NCBI GenBank assembly: GCA_963718525.1
Contig: OY970355.1
Coordinates: 3,104,001 to 3,168,000, forward strand
DNA: 64,000 nucleotides
Source: Candidatus Dormiibacterota bacterium
Lineage (GTDB): Bacteria; Chloroflexota; Dormibacteria; Aeolococcales; Aeolococcaceae
Direction of reading: 5' to 3'
Within the stretch, counting starts at the first letter, position 1, and the number at the start of each line of letters is the position of its first letter. Of this stretch, positions 10,101 to 19,930 are shown one piece after another. Both the position numbers and the translations under genes were made by a program. The notes beneath the pieces are model-generated. The model worked only from the letters and a program-made list of their open reading frames with translations, made no database searches and was not told the DNA's origin.

Positions 10101-11344
10101 CTACACGTCCGCCCGCTGCAGGAGATGCGGACCGTATCTCATCGCCGTCGACCGGCCCGTGCCGTCAGTCGCGAAACTCACCTCTTCACCGAAGTGTCCG
10201 TAGTCGTCACCACCAATCTCGCCGCGGTAGTGGCCGGCGAGCCGACCAACACTCGCGCGGGAGTGGCCGTGCGCCGTTTCGGCGGCATCGGCCCATCGAC
10301 GCACCACCCACGCGGCGCTGTGGAAGTTGGGATGGTGTCGAGCGCCATGCCCGGCACCGGACCGTTGGTGTTGTTCAGGACTGCCGCGGCGTGGCCCCAC
10401 TCCGGTGAGAATCCGATCTTGGTGGTGAATCCGGGAAACCCGCCACTGTGACCGCGGATGGGGATGCCGTCGACGTGCCAGATCATCCACCCCAGTCCGT
10501 GGTGGGGCTCCTCGTGACGCTGCCACTGCGTCCGTTGCATCTCGCGTCGCGACAGGTCCGAGATGAGCTCACCCGACCCTGGGAAGTGCGCCTGCTGATA
10601 CGTGAGCAGGTCAGGCACCGTCGAAACCAGGCCGCCGGCAGGAGCGAAGGCGCGCGCTTCGGCATGGCGCGCGGGATGCGGATCCTCTCCGGGACGTCCT
10701 TGGGAGTAGCCGGTGGCGAGCGTTCTCCGGGCGCGAGGAATCAACGACGGGGCGCTCCCTTTCAAGCCGAGCGCCCGCAGGACGTCTCGTTGCAGGAGGG
10801 CCTCAAACGGCCTGCCGCTGACGGCCTCGAGCGCCTCACCGAGCAACACGTAGGCGATATTCGAGTAGCGGAATGACGTCGCCGGCTCCGCGAAGGTCAG
10901 CCGCTGACGCACCTCCTTGCGCACCGTGTCTCGATCCGGGAAGTCGTCATCGCCCCACGTGTTGGACCCGTCGCGAATCACGCCGCCGCCGTGAATCAGC
11001 AGGTGCCGAATGGTGATGTCCCTCGCATGGGGCAAGCGCCTGATCCAGCTCAGGTAGGTCGCGATGGGCTCATCGAGTCGCATCCGTCCGGCCTCGACCT
11101 GCTGCATCACCAGAGTTGCCGTCATCGTTTTGGTGATCGACGCGCAGCGGTAGCTCGTCGCATCGGGAGTCGTCGGGCGACCCGACGCAATGTCGGCGGT
11201 GCCCATCGCGTCGAGCATGACAGCGCGAGCGCCATGGCTGATCCCGAACGAGATTCCAGGAACGCCCCAGCGCATCGCCTGGTAGCGAATCCACCGCCGG
11301 GCGACCTCCGCCGCATCGGCAAGCTGGCGGGGTGCGATGTTCAC
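10101..11344 (-). CDS. Serine hydrolase (beta-lactamase family), apparent frameshift near 10325
   Basis: CASITK (SxxK), FRYSNIAY, GHSGGFPGF; plausible C-terminus continues in the 10101..10526 frame. Confidence 0.8.
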
Positions 11345-11585
11345 GAGCGCAACACTAGCGCGTGAGCTTCACGGTGTTTCTTGCCAGAGGCGGCATGCAC
11401 GGAGACAAAAGAGGCGCTGGTCCCTCTCCATACCGATGGAGACTCCGAGGCCAGCAGTGTGACGCGTTAGGCGCGATCGGAGCAAGGGGTTTATTTGCCT
11501 TGAACGATTCGAAGTAATAGTTCGACCGTTTCGGCGGATGAGATAAGCGCGCTCGAATCGCACCTGCGCCCCGTAGGATTGTGGG

Positions 11586-13386
11586 GTGGCCGACGCACTT
11601 CTGACGCGCCTCCTCGAAGCACGCAGCTCGGTCATCGCCGATGTCGCAGCCGATGGCGCCGAGCTGCTCGTGCGCTGCGATGCCACCGGCAGCATGCAGG
11701 TCTACCGCCTCGCCGCAGAGGGCGGCGACCTGACGCAGCTGACCTTCCTCGATGAGCCGGTTTCGGCGGCTCGCTACATTCCCGGTACCGACGACGTGGT
11801 GGTTGCTGTCGATCGTGGCGGCAACGAGAACTATCAGCTGTGGCTGGTCGACATCAATGGCGGTGCACCGCGCCCGCTCCTCGTCGAGGAGCACATCAAA
11901 CACGATCTTGGGGATGTCAGCCGCGACGGAGGGTTCATTGCCTTCTCCTCAACGAAGCGAAACGGCGTGGACATCGACGTGTACCTGCTCGACCTCGCGG
12001 ACGGCACGGTTCGCAGCCTCCTCGAGGGCGGATGGAACAGGGTCGAGAGCTTCTCGCCTGACGGACATTGGCTCACCGTGGTGCGCCTCGATGGCGCGTT
12101 CGCGCTCAGCGACGACCTGCTGCTCATCGACCTCACAACGGGCGACGTTCGGACGGTGGTCGAACGCCTCGGTGCGGGCACCGCCATCGCTCCAGCATGG
12201 TATCCCAACTCGTCAGGCTTCCTCTTCAGCACGGACTCGGGCCGCGATGTCTCGTCAATCGCCCGGTACGACATCGAGACAGATGCCTGGCGCTACGTGC
12301 TCGAAACCGCTTGGGATAGCGAGGCCACGCTGAGTCGGGATGGACGGACCGCGCTCATTGTGCACGCGGAGAATGCGGTGACGCGCCTCCAGCTCCACGA
12401 CGGCGAGAGCCTCGCGCACCTGCGAAATCTCTCCCTGCCCAAAGCCGGGACCGGGTTCGGTTTGCCCCTGGTTCCACGGCCATATCTGAGCTCTGACGGC
12501 GAGACCGCACTGCTGACCTACACAGCCACTGCGACACCGTTGACCCCCATCCGCGTCGATACCACCGGTGCGGGGCCGCCGACGCCGCTGCTGCCGATCG
12601 ACCAGGTCGTCTCGCCGGATCTCGTCACGCCCGAGCTGCAGAAGATTGCTTCTTTTGATGGTGAGCAGATCACCTACTTCCTGTACAAACCGCCGGTCGA
12701 CAATGCGCCGGTTGTCGTGGTGGTGCACGGAGGACCGGAGGCGCGCTTCGTGCCTCGCTACGACCCCTTCATCATCCGTCTGCTCGCCGAGGGGATCGCG
12801 GTTGTGGCGCCGAATGTCCGCGGTTCAGCCGGTTGGGGACGCCGCTTCGTTTCGCTTGACGACCGCCGCCTGCGGCTCGACTCCGTCCGTGATCTGACCG
12901 CGGTGCACGCATCGCTCGGTGAGCGCGGCGTTGACGCCAGGCGGGTCGCCGTGATGGGAGCGTCGTACGGAGGCTACATGACGCTCGCCGCGCTGGCCTT
13001 CTACCCGGACCTGTGGGCGGCCGGGATCGCGACCGTCGGTATCAGCAGCTTGCTGACCTTCCTCGAGAACACCTCGCCGTATCGACGCCGGGTGCGCGAG
13101 GTTGAGTACGGTTTTCTGGAGACGGATCGCGACTTTCTCATCGAGGCGTCACCGATGACCCACGTCGAGGAAATCCGCGCTCCCCTGATGCTGATTCACG
13201 GGGCCAATGACCCGCGCGTCCCCGTCGGTGAGGCGCGTCAGCTCCACGAGTCGCTGCTGTCGCGCGGCATCGCCACCGAACTGTTGATTTACGACGACGA
13301 GGGCCACGGTCTGGCGAAGCGCGCCAATCGAACTCGATGCGTCGCCCCGGATGCTCGCCTTTCTGCGCAAGCATCTCGGCGTGTAA
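11586..13386 (+). CDS. S9 family (acylaminoacyl/dipeptidyl) peptidase, frameshift near 13331
   Basis: Beta-propeller N-terminus, HGGP, GASYGG, HGANDPRVP, DEGHG; removing one A at about 13331 gives ...NRLDASPRMLAFLRKHLGV* ending at 13386. Confidence 0.88.
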
Positions 13387-13400
13387 CGGGCGACGCGGCA

Positions 13401-13619
13401 ATGGTCATCGTTGTTGACCCGGGCGGTGACGAGCATGCGTATCAGACCGGACGCTACATCGAGGTCACCGACGGTCATCTGATCATCAGGGATGGCATCG
13501 GCGGCACAGCCATAGCGATCTTTGCGCCAGGGACATGGCAGTCTGCCCACATCGAGGCGGCGACTGCCCGCAATCCTGGAACGTCGGGCATCGCTCCCCG
13601 CCGGGGCCAGTCCACGTAG
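13401..13619 (+). CDS. Small hypothetical protein (72 aa)
   Basis: MVIVVDPGGDEHAY...IFAPGTWQSA; fused to the S9 ORF in the track only because of the frameshift. Confidence 0.55.
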   Translation: MVIVVDPGGDEHAYQTGRYIEVTDGHLIIRDGIGGTAIAIFAPGTWQSAHIEAATARNPGTSGIAPRRGQST

Positions 13620-13663
13620 CCGGCCCTCCGCCCTGGTGGCTCGTCACGCGTGAGGGCGCCTGT

Positions 13664-13816
13664 CTATTGCTTGCGAGGAGGGCCTTCGGGAGCGTCGGTC
13701 TCGGCCGAGCGGTCGGGATCCGGCACCTCCGGCTGCTCAGGATCGGGATCCGCGATCTCCGGCTCGGGCAACGGCTCGGGCGTTGAACTGGGGGTCGGGG
13801 TCATGGGAATATTCAT
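13664..13816 (-). CDS. Small acidic Pro/Glu-rich peptide
   Basis: MNIPMTPTPSSTPEPLPEPEIADPDPEQPEVPDPD...; divergent from the hemerythrin gene. Confidence 0.45.
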   Translation of the reverse strand: MNIPMTPTPSSTPEPLPEPEIADPDPEQPEVPDPDRSAETDAPEGPPRKQ

Positions 13817-13858
13817 ACTGGGAGTGTATCTACCTGTACCTAACGATGGGCGTCTATC

Positions 13859-13875
13859 TGATATTGTCGCTATCA
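13859..13875. promoter_or_regulatory. Island motif TGATAT-N5-CTATCA
   Basis: TGATATtgtcgCTATCA immediately before the hemerythrin ATG. Confidence 0.65.
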
Positions 13876-13876
13876 A

Positions 13877-14392
13877 ATGAGCACCACCCGCGTCACCGAT
13901 GTCATCCGAATGGACCACGTGTGGTTCCGCAATCAGTTCACCGCGCTCGGTGACGCGCGCGGCGATGTTGCGCGACTGACTTCGATCTGGGCCGCGCTGT
14001 CAACTCGCCTGGAGGTGCATGCGGCGGCCGAGGAGACGCTCTTCTACCCGCGGTTGCTCAAGGACGACCCCGATGCGGTCGATGACACCAAGGATGCGGT
14101 GAGAGACCACAACGAGATCCGAGACGCGATACGCAACGCCGAGGGGCACAGCGTCGGGGACGATCGATGGTGGCACGCGGTCAACGACACCGAGAAGGCC
14201 AACGACGAGCACATGGACGAGGAAGAACAAGGTCCGCTGCTCGAGTTCGACGATGCTGCGTCCACCGCCGAGCAGGCTGAGCTCGCGTCCGCATTCACGG
14301 CGTTTGAAGCAGAGCATGCAGGGGCTCGGGGTATAGCGGTAGTTGACAAGGACCCGGACGAGTACGTCGAGGAGATCATCGACGAGAGCTGA
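13877..14392 (+). CDS. Hemerythrin/HHE cation-binding protein
   Basis: DH...VHAAAEETLFYP...DHNEI...EHMDEEE. Confidence 0.88.
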   Translation: MSTTRVTDVIRMDHVWFRNQFTALGDARGDVARLTSIWAALSTRLEVHAAAEETLFYPRLLKDDPDAVDDTKDAVRDHNEIRDAIRNAEGHSVGDDRWWHAVNDTEKANDEHMDEEEQGPLLEFDDAASTAEQAELASAFTAFEAEHAGARGIAVVDKDPDEYVEEIIDES

Positions 14393-14413
14393 TCCGGTAC
14401 GACGACGACACAG

Positions 14414-14468
14414 CCGTATAGCTTGTCTGGCAGCTAAGTTGACACGACTGGTGCCGGGTCACTAAGCT
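14414..14468 (+). promoter_or_regulatory. Promoter of candidate sRNA A
   Basis: CCGTATAGC-N16-TTGACA(14439-44)-N18-TAAGCT(14463-68); same layout as the promoter at 23487-23541. Confidence 0.65.
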
Positions 14469-14473
14469 CCTGA

Positions 14474-14562
14474 GGTCGACGGTCGAGAGGTCGTCGTCCC
14501 CACCCCCTCCCAACGAGTCCACCCCGCCGGGATCAAGGTCCACGGCGCGGGTGGACTCTTCG
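14474..14562 (+). ncRNA. Candidate sRNA A (hairpin, C-rich anti-SD tract, terminator hairpin)
   Basis: CGACGGTC-GAGA-GGTCGTCG stem, CCCCACCCCCTCCC, GAGTCCACC...GGTGGACTC stem; paralog at 23393-23480. Confidence 0.6.
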
Positions 14563-14571
14563 GTTTCGCGG

Positions 14572-15765
14572 TCAGGCGAGTGGGAGGACGACGGTGAACG
14601 TGCTCCCGCCACCCGGGGTCGCGGTGACCGCGATGTCGCCCCCGTGGAGCCGAGCGGTCTCACGGGCCAGGTAGAGGCCGAGGCCGGTCCCGCGAATGTG
14701 GCTGGTTTCAGGCGTCACCAGGCGGCCGAACCGGCTGAAAAGCAGATGCGCCTGCTCGGCGTTGATGCCGATCCCGTGGTCGCGAACGACGATGCTCATG
14801 GCTCTGCCGTCATCTTCGCAGCCGATCTCGATCGTCCCACCCGCAGGCGAGTATTTGATCGCGTTGTCGATGAGGTTGGTCAACATGGTGGTGAGGCGGC
14901 GGCGGTCGGCGACAACGGCCACCGAGTCGCGCTGCGTGGTCACAGCGAACCGGTGCTCTTCGCTCATCAGCGGACGCATCGACTGCACGGCATCCTCAAT
15001 GACCCTGAGCAGGTCCAGGGGTTCGAGCTCGAGCTCGAGTCCGAGGGTCTCGAGCCGGGCGGTTTCAAGCATGTCTGAGATCAGTCGCGCCATCTCTTCG
15101 GCCTTCTCGGTGATGCGGCTGAGCGCCACGCGTCGCTCTGCAGGAGGCAACACCCCCTCGCCGAGCATCGATGAGTACCCCCTGATGATTCCGAGAGGGC
15201 TTCGAAGCTCATGCGCGGCGATGTTCAGGAACTCGCTCTTGAGCCGCTCGAGGCGCCGGCTGCGTTCGGCCTCCTGGAGCAGCTCGTCGGCCATCGCGGC
15301 CTGGCTGACTCCGTGACCAACGATGCCGGCAAGCGACTGCAACGTGCCGCGAGCATCGGCGCTGAGTCGGCCCTCGCCGCTGACGACGAGGAGCGCGGCG
15401 ACTCTCTCGTCGCCCCGCACCGGCACGATGACGGCGGGCGGGTCGTCGACAGTCAGGCCCGACGAGATCGCTCGGTCGAATGCAGGGTGGTCGCTGACGC
15501 GATAGGGCCCGCGAGCACTCGGCTCGACGAGGTCCGATGCCGCGACGCACGCCAGAAAATCGCCGCGGAGCAGGAGTAGCCAGGCTTGGCGGGAAATTCC
15601 AGGGGCGGATGCCAGCCGTGAGGCGAGCCTGACCGCTTCGCGGAAGAGCCGGCGCGACGCGTCATCCTGGGTGCCGGGGTCATCCGTAATGGGCGCCGGG
15701 TCCTGCACGGCGGCGAGCGCCTGCTTCAGCTTGCGGTTGGGAGCGAGGCGCGATCGCTCGTTCAA
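14572..15765 (-). CDS. GAF-domain sensor histidine kinase (cytoplasmic)
   Basis: AAHELRSPL H-box, NLIDNAIKYS, DHGIGI, GTGLGLY; start codon uncertain. Confidence 0.9.
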   Translation of the reverse strand: MNERSRLAPNRKLKQALAAVQDPAPITDDPGTQDDASRRLFREAVRLASRLASAPGISRQAWLLLLRGDFLACVAASDLVEPSARGPYRVSDHPAFDRAISSGLTVDDPPAVIVPVRGDERVAALLVVSGEGRLSADARGTLQSLAGIVGHGVSQAAMADELLQEAERSRRLERLKSEFLNIAAHELRSPLGIIRGYSSMLGEGVLPPAERRVALSRITEKAEEMARLISDMLETARLETLGLELELEPLDLLRVIEDAVQSMRPLMSEEHRFAVTTQRDSVAVVADRRRLTTMLTNLIDNAIKYSPAGGTIEIGCEDDGRAMSIVVRDHGIGINAEQAHLLFSRFGRLVTPETSHIRGTGLGLYLARETARLHGGDIAVTATPGGGSTFTVVLPLA

Positions 15766-16123
15766 CGCTCTCGGCGAGCTGCGCCGGAGTGGTGTCGGCC
15801 TTGACCAGGAACTCGAGCGCGCCTAGCTTCATGCCTCGTTCTCGGAGCTCGGGTTCGCCGTAGTTGGTGAGGATGATCACCGGGATGTGCATGGTCTCGG
15901 GGGCCGAGCGAAGGCTCTCCAGCACTTCGAATCCATCGAGGCCCGGGAGACGGAGATCGAGGTAGATGAAGTCCGGAGCTTCGTCTGCGGCCAAGCGCAG
16001 GCCTTCCTTGCCATCGCGACCAATCACCACCGAATAGCCGTCGGCGACAAGTCGCAGCCGATACATCTCCGCTGCGGCGACGTCGTCCTCAATCAGCAGG
16101 ACCTTGACGTCATCCTCCAGCAC
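15680..16123 (-). CDS. Single-domain response regulator (receiver)
   Basis: VLLIEDD, IYLDLRLP, ILTN, FLVKA; GTG after AAGGAGGAG. Confidence 0.9.
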   Translation of the reverse strand: MLEDDVKVLLIEDDVAAAEMYRLRLVADGYSVVIGRDGKEGLRLAADEAPDFIYLDLRLPGLDGFEVLESLRSAPETMHIPVIILTNYGEPELRERGMKLGALEFLVKADTTPAQLAESVERAIAPRSQPQAEAGARRRAGPGAHYG

Positions 16124-16290
16124 GTGCTCCTCCTTGGCCGTTGCAATTGGTCGCTCCCTCGGCAAATGCTACCTCCGCCTCTCGGTACGGTACCAGACAC
16201 AAAGCGCCCGTATTCACCGCACGGGTGTAGGCCCGAGGCCCTGGGACGCCACCGAGGGGCGTCCACCCCGCCGAACGCCAACCGCAGCGA

Positions 16291-16452
16291 TCAGCGAACG
16301 ACGATGCCCACTCCGAAGACGATGGTCCACGCCACGGCAAGGAAGAGTGCCATGCCGGTCACCAGGCTGCGTACGTCCAGCCTCCGACGACGCCGCAATG
16401 CGCGCAGGCGGATTCGAGGGGCAACCACCTCGTCCCGCCTTGGGGAAAGCAT
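16291..16452 (-). CDS. Small single-TM peptide (53 aa)
   Basis: Hand translation MLSPRRDEVVAPRIRLRALRRRRRLDVRSLVTGMALFLAVAWTIVFGVGIVVR*; below the ORF-track cutoff. Confidence 0.5.
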   Translation of the reverse strand: MLSPRRDEVVAPRIRLRALRRRRRLDVRSLVTGMALFLAVAWTIVFGVGIVVR

Positions 16453-16468
16453 CTCGGTCACCGCGCAA

Positions 16469-16504
16469 TGATAGCAATATCGCCGCTATCATGTTTTGTG
16501 ATAG
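16469..16504. promoter_or_regulatory. Island motif, perfect CTATCA-N7-TGATAG plus an extra half-site
   Basis: TGATAG 16469-74; CTATCAtgttttgTGATAG 16486-16504. Confidence 0.75.
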
Positions 16505-16561
16505 GATGTTCCTGCGGGGAGGACGAGGGACAGTCGCGACAATCAATTGGAGGTACGCGGT

Positions 16562-16765
16562 ATGGCTCGTAAGTACAAGCCGATACAGCTCGATGTGAAG
16601 CCGGTGGCCGGCGCCTATCTGAACGAGGCAGCCACGTGCCCGCAATGCAGCTCGCGCATCACCGAGGTGCTGGGCCGCATGGGTCTGCGGCTCGTCTTCC
16701 GCTGTGATCGGTGCCGGGTGCAGTTCTTCCGCCAGCGTGCCATCACCAGCGCAGGCCTGGTGTAA
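16562..16765 (+). CDS. Small Zn-ribbon protein, copy 1
   Basis: CPQC...CDRC; GGAGG RBS; paralog of 20829..21035. Confidence 0.8.
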   Translation: MARKYKPIQLDVKPVAGAYLNEAATCPQCSSRITEVLGRMGLRLVFRCDRCRVQFFRQRAITSAGLV

Positions 16766-16882
16766 ATCTCCGAGTGCCGCGGCGATTGACGTATAGAATC
16801 GCTGGGATGCTGGTAACGCGCAGAGCTTCCCTACTGGCCGTCCGTGGCCGTCAGCTCCCACGCATCACATTCGGTCGGTCGA

Positions 16883-17227
16883 ATGCCGGCTGAAACGGTG
16901 GTTCCCACGTCGGAGCGCATGCTCGATCTCGACAAGCCGCTCTACACCATCAGCGTCGCTGCCGAGATCCTCGCAAGCCATCCGCGGACGCTGATGATGT
17001 ACGAGACCATGGGTCTCGGCGTGCCGGACCGCACCGCGACCAATCGGCGGCGGTACTCGCAGCGCGACATCCTCACGCTCAGCGCCATCCAGCGGCTCAC
17101 CAGGCAATCCGGGCTGAACATCGCAGGCGCGCGCTACGTCATCAAATGCCTGCAACTCCTCGACGCGCACGGCATCCCTCGGCCGCCGGAGCTCGCCGGG
17201 ATTGACATCGAGCACGTTCGGCTCTGA
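16883..17227 (+). CDS. MerR-family (HspR-like) regulator, copy 1
   Basis: PLYTISVAAEILASHPRTLMMYE...RTATNRRRYSQRDI...GLNIAG. Confidence 0.88.
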   Translation: MPAETVVPTSERMLDLDKPLYTISVAAEILASHPRTLMMYETMGLGVPDRTATNRRRYSQRDILTLSAIQRLTRQSGLNIAGARYVIKCLQLLDAHGIPRPPELAGIDIEHVRL

Positions 17228-19034
17228 TCTGCAGCCGCATCCGCCGGAGACCACGTTCGCCGGGTCGATCGAAGCGGACCTGGTCTCGCGTGGCGATCCC
17301 CACCAGATCATGGGGAGCCTGGTTCGTTTCGCGGCAGAGAACATCGATGTGGACCGCTGCACGCTCACCAGCCTGGACCAGGACGTCCTGCGGGTCGAGG
17401 CCAGCTACCAGCGCGGCGGCCCACCGGACTTCGTCGGGCACGAATACCCGCTGACCTGGCTGGCGAGGCAGCCATTGCTCCAGCAGGCGGTGGAGACCGG
17501 GTCGATCGTCCTCGGTGGCAGCCTCGGTCATGGTGGCAACGCCGATCCCGATCTCATCCCCGCATTGATTGCAATGCACCACACGGCCATCGTCCCGCTG
17601 TCCATCGGCGAGACGGTCGGCGCGGTGCTCATCCTCAGCCGGAGCAGCGACCGCCCATTCGTCCCCCACGAGCTGGCGGGTCTCCAGGAGGTCGGGCTCC
17701 TCGCGATCCTGGCCCTCCGCAACGCGCGCCTCGTCGAGCAAGTGCAGAGTGCGCAGAGTCGCGGCCTGGACTCCCTGACGCAGATGTCGCGCCACGTTGC
17801 CTCCAGCGTCGATCCGGCGACCTTCTTCGACAAGATGAGCGACACGATCGCTGGACTCGTCGGCGCGGAACGCGCGGGCTTCTGGCAGCTGACCGGGACG
17901 CAACTTGTGCCGATGCACCAGACGCCACCCAGCCCCGGCGACTCGCTGGACGCGCCGGAACGCCGCGTTCTCGATTCCGAAGGGGACCAGGACCTCGAGA
18001 AACTCCTGTTCTCGGGTCAGGCCCTGCGACACAGTGATGGTGACGCTGGCGCAGCGCGTGCGGATTCGCTGCTCACGCGGCTCGGGGCTCGAGACGTGCT
18101 CGCGGTTCCGTGGCGAACAGCCGCGGTTCCGCTGGGGATCCTGGCAGCCAGCAACTCCCAGTCGGGTTTCACCGATCAGGACGAATGGGTCATGCGTCTC
18201 GCCGCCCGCGCCTCTGCGCTCGTCTGGCAGGGCTATGCGGCGGAGCAGCGCGCCCAGGGGCTCCAGACGACCGAGTTGGACCGCCTCGAGGCACACGCAC
18301 ACCGCATGGCCGATCTCGAGCGCCAGAAATCAGAGTTCCTGCAACTGGCATCACACGAGCTCCGTGCACCGATCACCCTTGTGAGCGGCTACCTGTCGAT
18401 GCTCGAGGAGGGATCGCTCGGCGAGCTGCCCGAGCCAGCCGCGAAGGTTGTGCCGCTGATGACGGCGAGGATGCGGCATATGAGCCAACTCGTCGACCGC
18501 ATGTTGACGGCAAGCCGGATGGAGAATCGTGCTCGCGGCCAGAACGCCAAGGACGTCAGCGTTGCCGCGCTCGCGCGGGCCGTTGCGGCTTCGGCCGCGC
18601 ACTCGCCCGACGGCAGCTCACCCAGGGCAGTCCGCGTCAAGTCGGAGGGACGGGTCCGAATGCGTGTGGACCCGGAGCAGGTCGAGACGATCCTCGGCAA
18701 TCTCGTATCCAATGCGATCAAGTACTCCGCCGACGGCAGCGACGTGACAATCACCATTCGCGAGGAGCCGAGATGGGTGGCCGTCGAGGTCTCAGACCAC
18801 GGTGAGGGCATCCCCGAAGAAGACCTGCCAAAGCTGTTTCAGCCGTTCGGCCGGCTCTCGAAGGCGCTCGCCGCCGGCATCCCGGGCACGGGTCTCGGTC
18901 TGCACCTATCTCGCGGCTTGGCCCAAACCCTGGGCGGGGACATCGAGGTCACCTCTCGTCCGGGCGAAGGGAGTACATTCACGCTGCGCCTGCCGCGCGG
19001 ACGCAAAGGGCCAGCGGGGAGAATCCATGCCTGA
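17202..19034 (+). CDS. Dual-GAF sensor histidine kinase (cytoplasmic)
   Basis: Two GAF-like regions, ASHELRAPI, NLVSNAIKYS, DHGEGI, GTGLGL; start uncertain. Confidence 0.9.
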   Translation: MTSSTFGSDLQPHPPETTFAGSIEADLVSRGDPHQIMGSLVRFAAENIDVDRCTLTSLDQDVLRVEASYQRGGPPDFVGHEYPLTWLARQPLLQQAVETGSIVLGGSLGHGGNADPDLIPALIAMHHTAIVPLSIGETVGAVLILSRSSDRPFVPHELAGLQEVGLLAILALRNARLVEQVQSAQSRGLDSLTQMSRHVASSVDPATFFDKMSDTIAGLVGAERAGFWQLTGTQLVPMHQTPPSPGDSLDAPERRVLDSEGDQDLEKLLFSGQALRHSDGDAGAARADSLLTRLGARDVLAVPWRTAAVPLGILAASNSQSGFTDQDEWVMRLAARASALVWQGYAAEQRAQGLQTTELDRLEAHAHRMADLERQKSEFLQLASHELRAPITLVSGYLSMLEEGSLGELPEPAAKVVPLMTARMRHMSQLVDRMLTASRMENRARGQNAKDVSVAALARAVAASAAHSPDGSSPRAVRVKSEGRVRMRVDPEQVETILGNLVSNAIKYSADGSDVTITIREEPRWVAVEVSDHGEGIPEEDLPKLFQPFGRLSKALAAGIPGTGLGLHLSRGLAQTLGGDIEVTSRPGEGSTFTLRLPRGRKGPAGRIHA

Positions 19035-19410
19035 TGGGTCACATGCGATACGGCTGTTGCTCGTCGACGACGATGCCGACGTCGCCAGCATGTACGAGCT
19101 GCAGCTGTCTGCTCACGGCTTCGACGTCATCAGGGCTAATTCCGGCAAGGAGGCCATTGATCGTGCCAGCACCGAGGCTCCTGATCTGATCTACCTCGAC
19201 CTCGGATTGCCGGAGATGCACGGGCTCGACGTCCTCAAGGAGTTGCGCTTGGATGCGCAGACGGCCGATATCCCAGTGGTCATCCTCACCAACTACAGCG
19301 AACCCGAGCTGATGGAGCGTGGCCGCCAGCTCGGAGCGCACGATTTTCTGATCAAAGCCCACACGCCGCCCGCCGCCCTCGCGGAAGCCACCCGAAGGTG
19401 GGTCTCGTGA
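19027..19410 (+). CDS. Single-domain response regulator
   Basis: LLLVDDD, IYLDLGLP, ILTNYSEPEL, FLIKA. Confidence 0.9.
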   Translation: MPDGSHAIRLLLVDDDADVASMYELQLSAHGFDVIRANSGKEAIDRASTEAPDLIYLDLGLPEMHGLDVLKELRLDAQTADIPVVILTNYSEPELMERGRQLGAHDFLIKAHTPPAALAEATRRWVS

Positions 19411-19769
19411 CTGATTCGACGTCTCCGGAGGATTCGGAGGCAGAACCCGATCACCAGGAGGCTCGAGAGGCAGCGCTCGATGCCGTGGAGCCGGTGCGCC
19501 TGCTTGAGGGCGAGGACGAGGACACCATGTATGTCGATGATGCCGTGCACTGGACGAAGGTGTACGCCGAGCTCCTTGACTTCAAGGCGAGCCTGCTGAC
19601 CGTTGCCGAGCATCGGCTGCCATCGATGGATGACGATGCCGAATCGGAGGTCAGGGAGACCGACCTCAAGGTGCTCAAGGCCGAGGCGGCTCGATTCGAG
19701 CGTCGCCTGGAGTTCTGGCGCGAGCGCGCTCGCGAGCTCAAGGCAGGCTCCGTTACCGATCCTCAATAA
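19407..19769 (+). CDS. Hypothetical acidic helical protein
   Basis: GTG overlaps the receiver stop; RLLEGED...HWTKVYAELLDFK...RRLEFW. Confidence 0.7.
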   Translation: MTDSTSPEDSEAEPDHQEAREAALDAVEPVRLLEGEDEDTMYVDDAVHWTKVYAELLDFKASLLTVAEHRLPSMDDDAESEVRETDLKVLKAEAARFERRLEFWRERARELKAGSVTDPQ

Positions 19770-19930
19770 ATCCAGGGGCGGCGGTTGCGCCACGTCACCG
19801 GGCGTCAACGCACGTATCGCAAACCATCTCATGGCGTCTCCGGCGTGACGCCGGTAGCGTCTGATTAGCCACGGGCGCCGGCGAACGAGGGTGGCCGCGT
19901 CCAGAGAGTGGGACTTGGAGGATTGGTGCC

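Noticed and set aside
11586-13619. 677-aa S9 peptidase with a novel C-terminal domain
   Set aside because: Artefact of a single-base frameshift joining the peptidase to the next small ORF.
14474-14562. 6C RNA or tRNA identity for the C-rich element
   Set aside because: No cloverleaf, and the C-tract lies between stems rather than in two loops; an Rfam search is still needed.
16883-17227. Classical hspR heat-shock locus
   Set aside because: No dnaK/grpE/dnaJ/clpB nearby, and no CTTGAGT-N7-ACTCAAG site was noticed.
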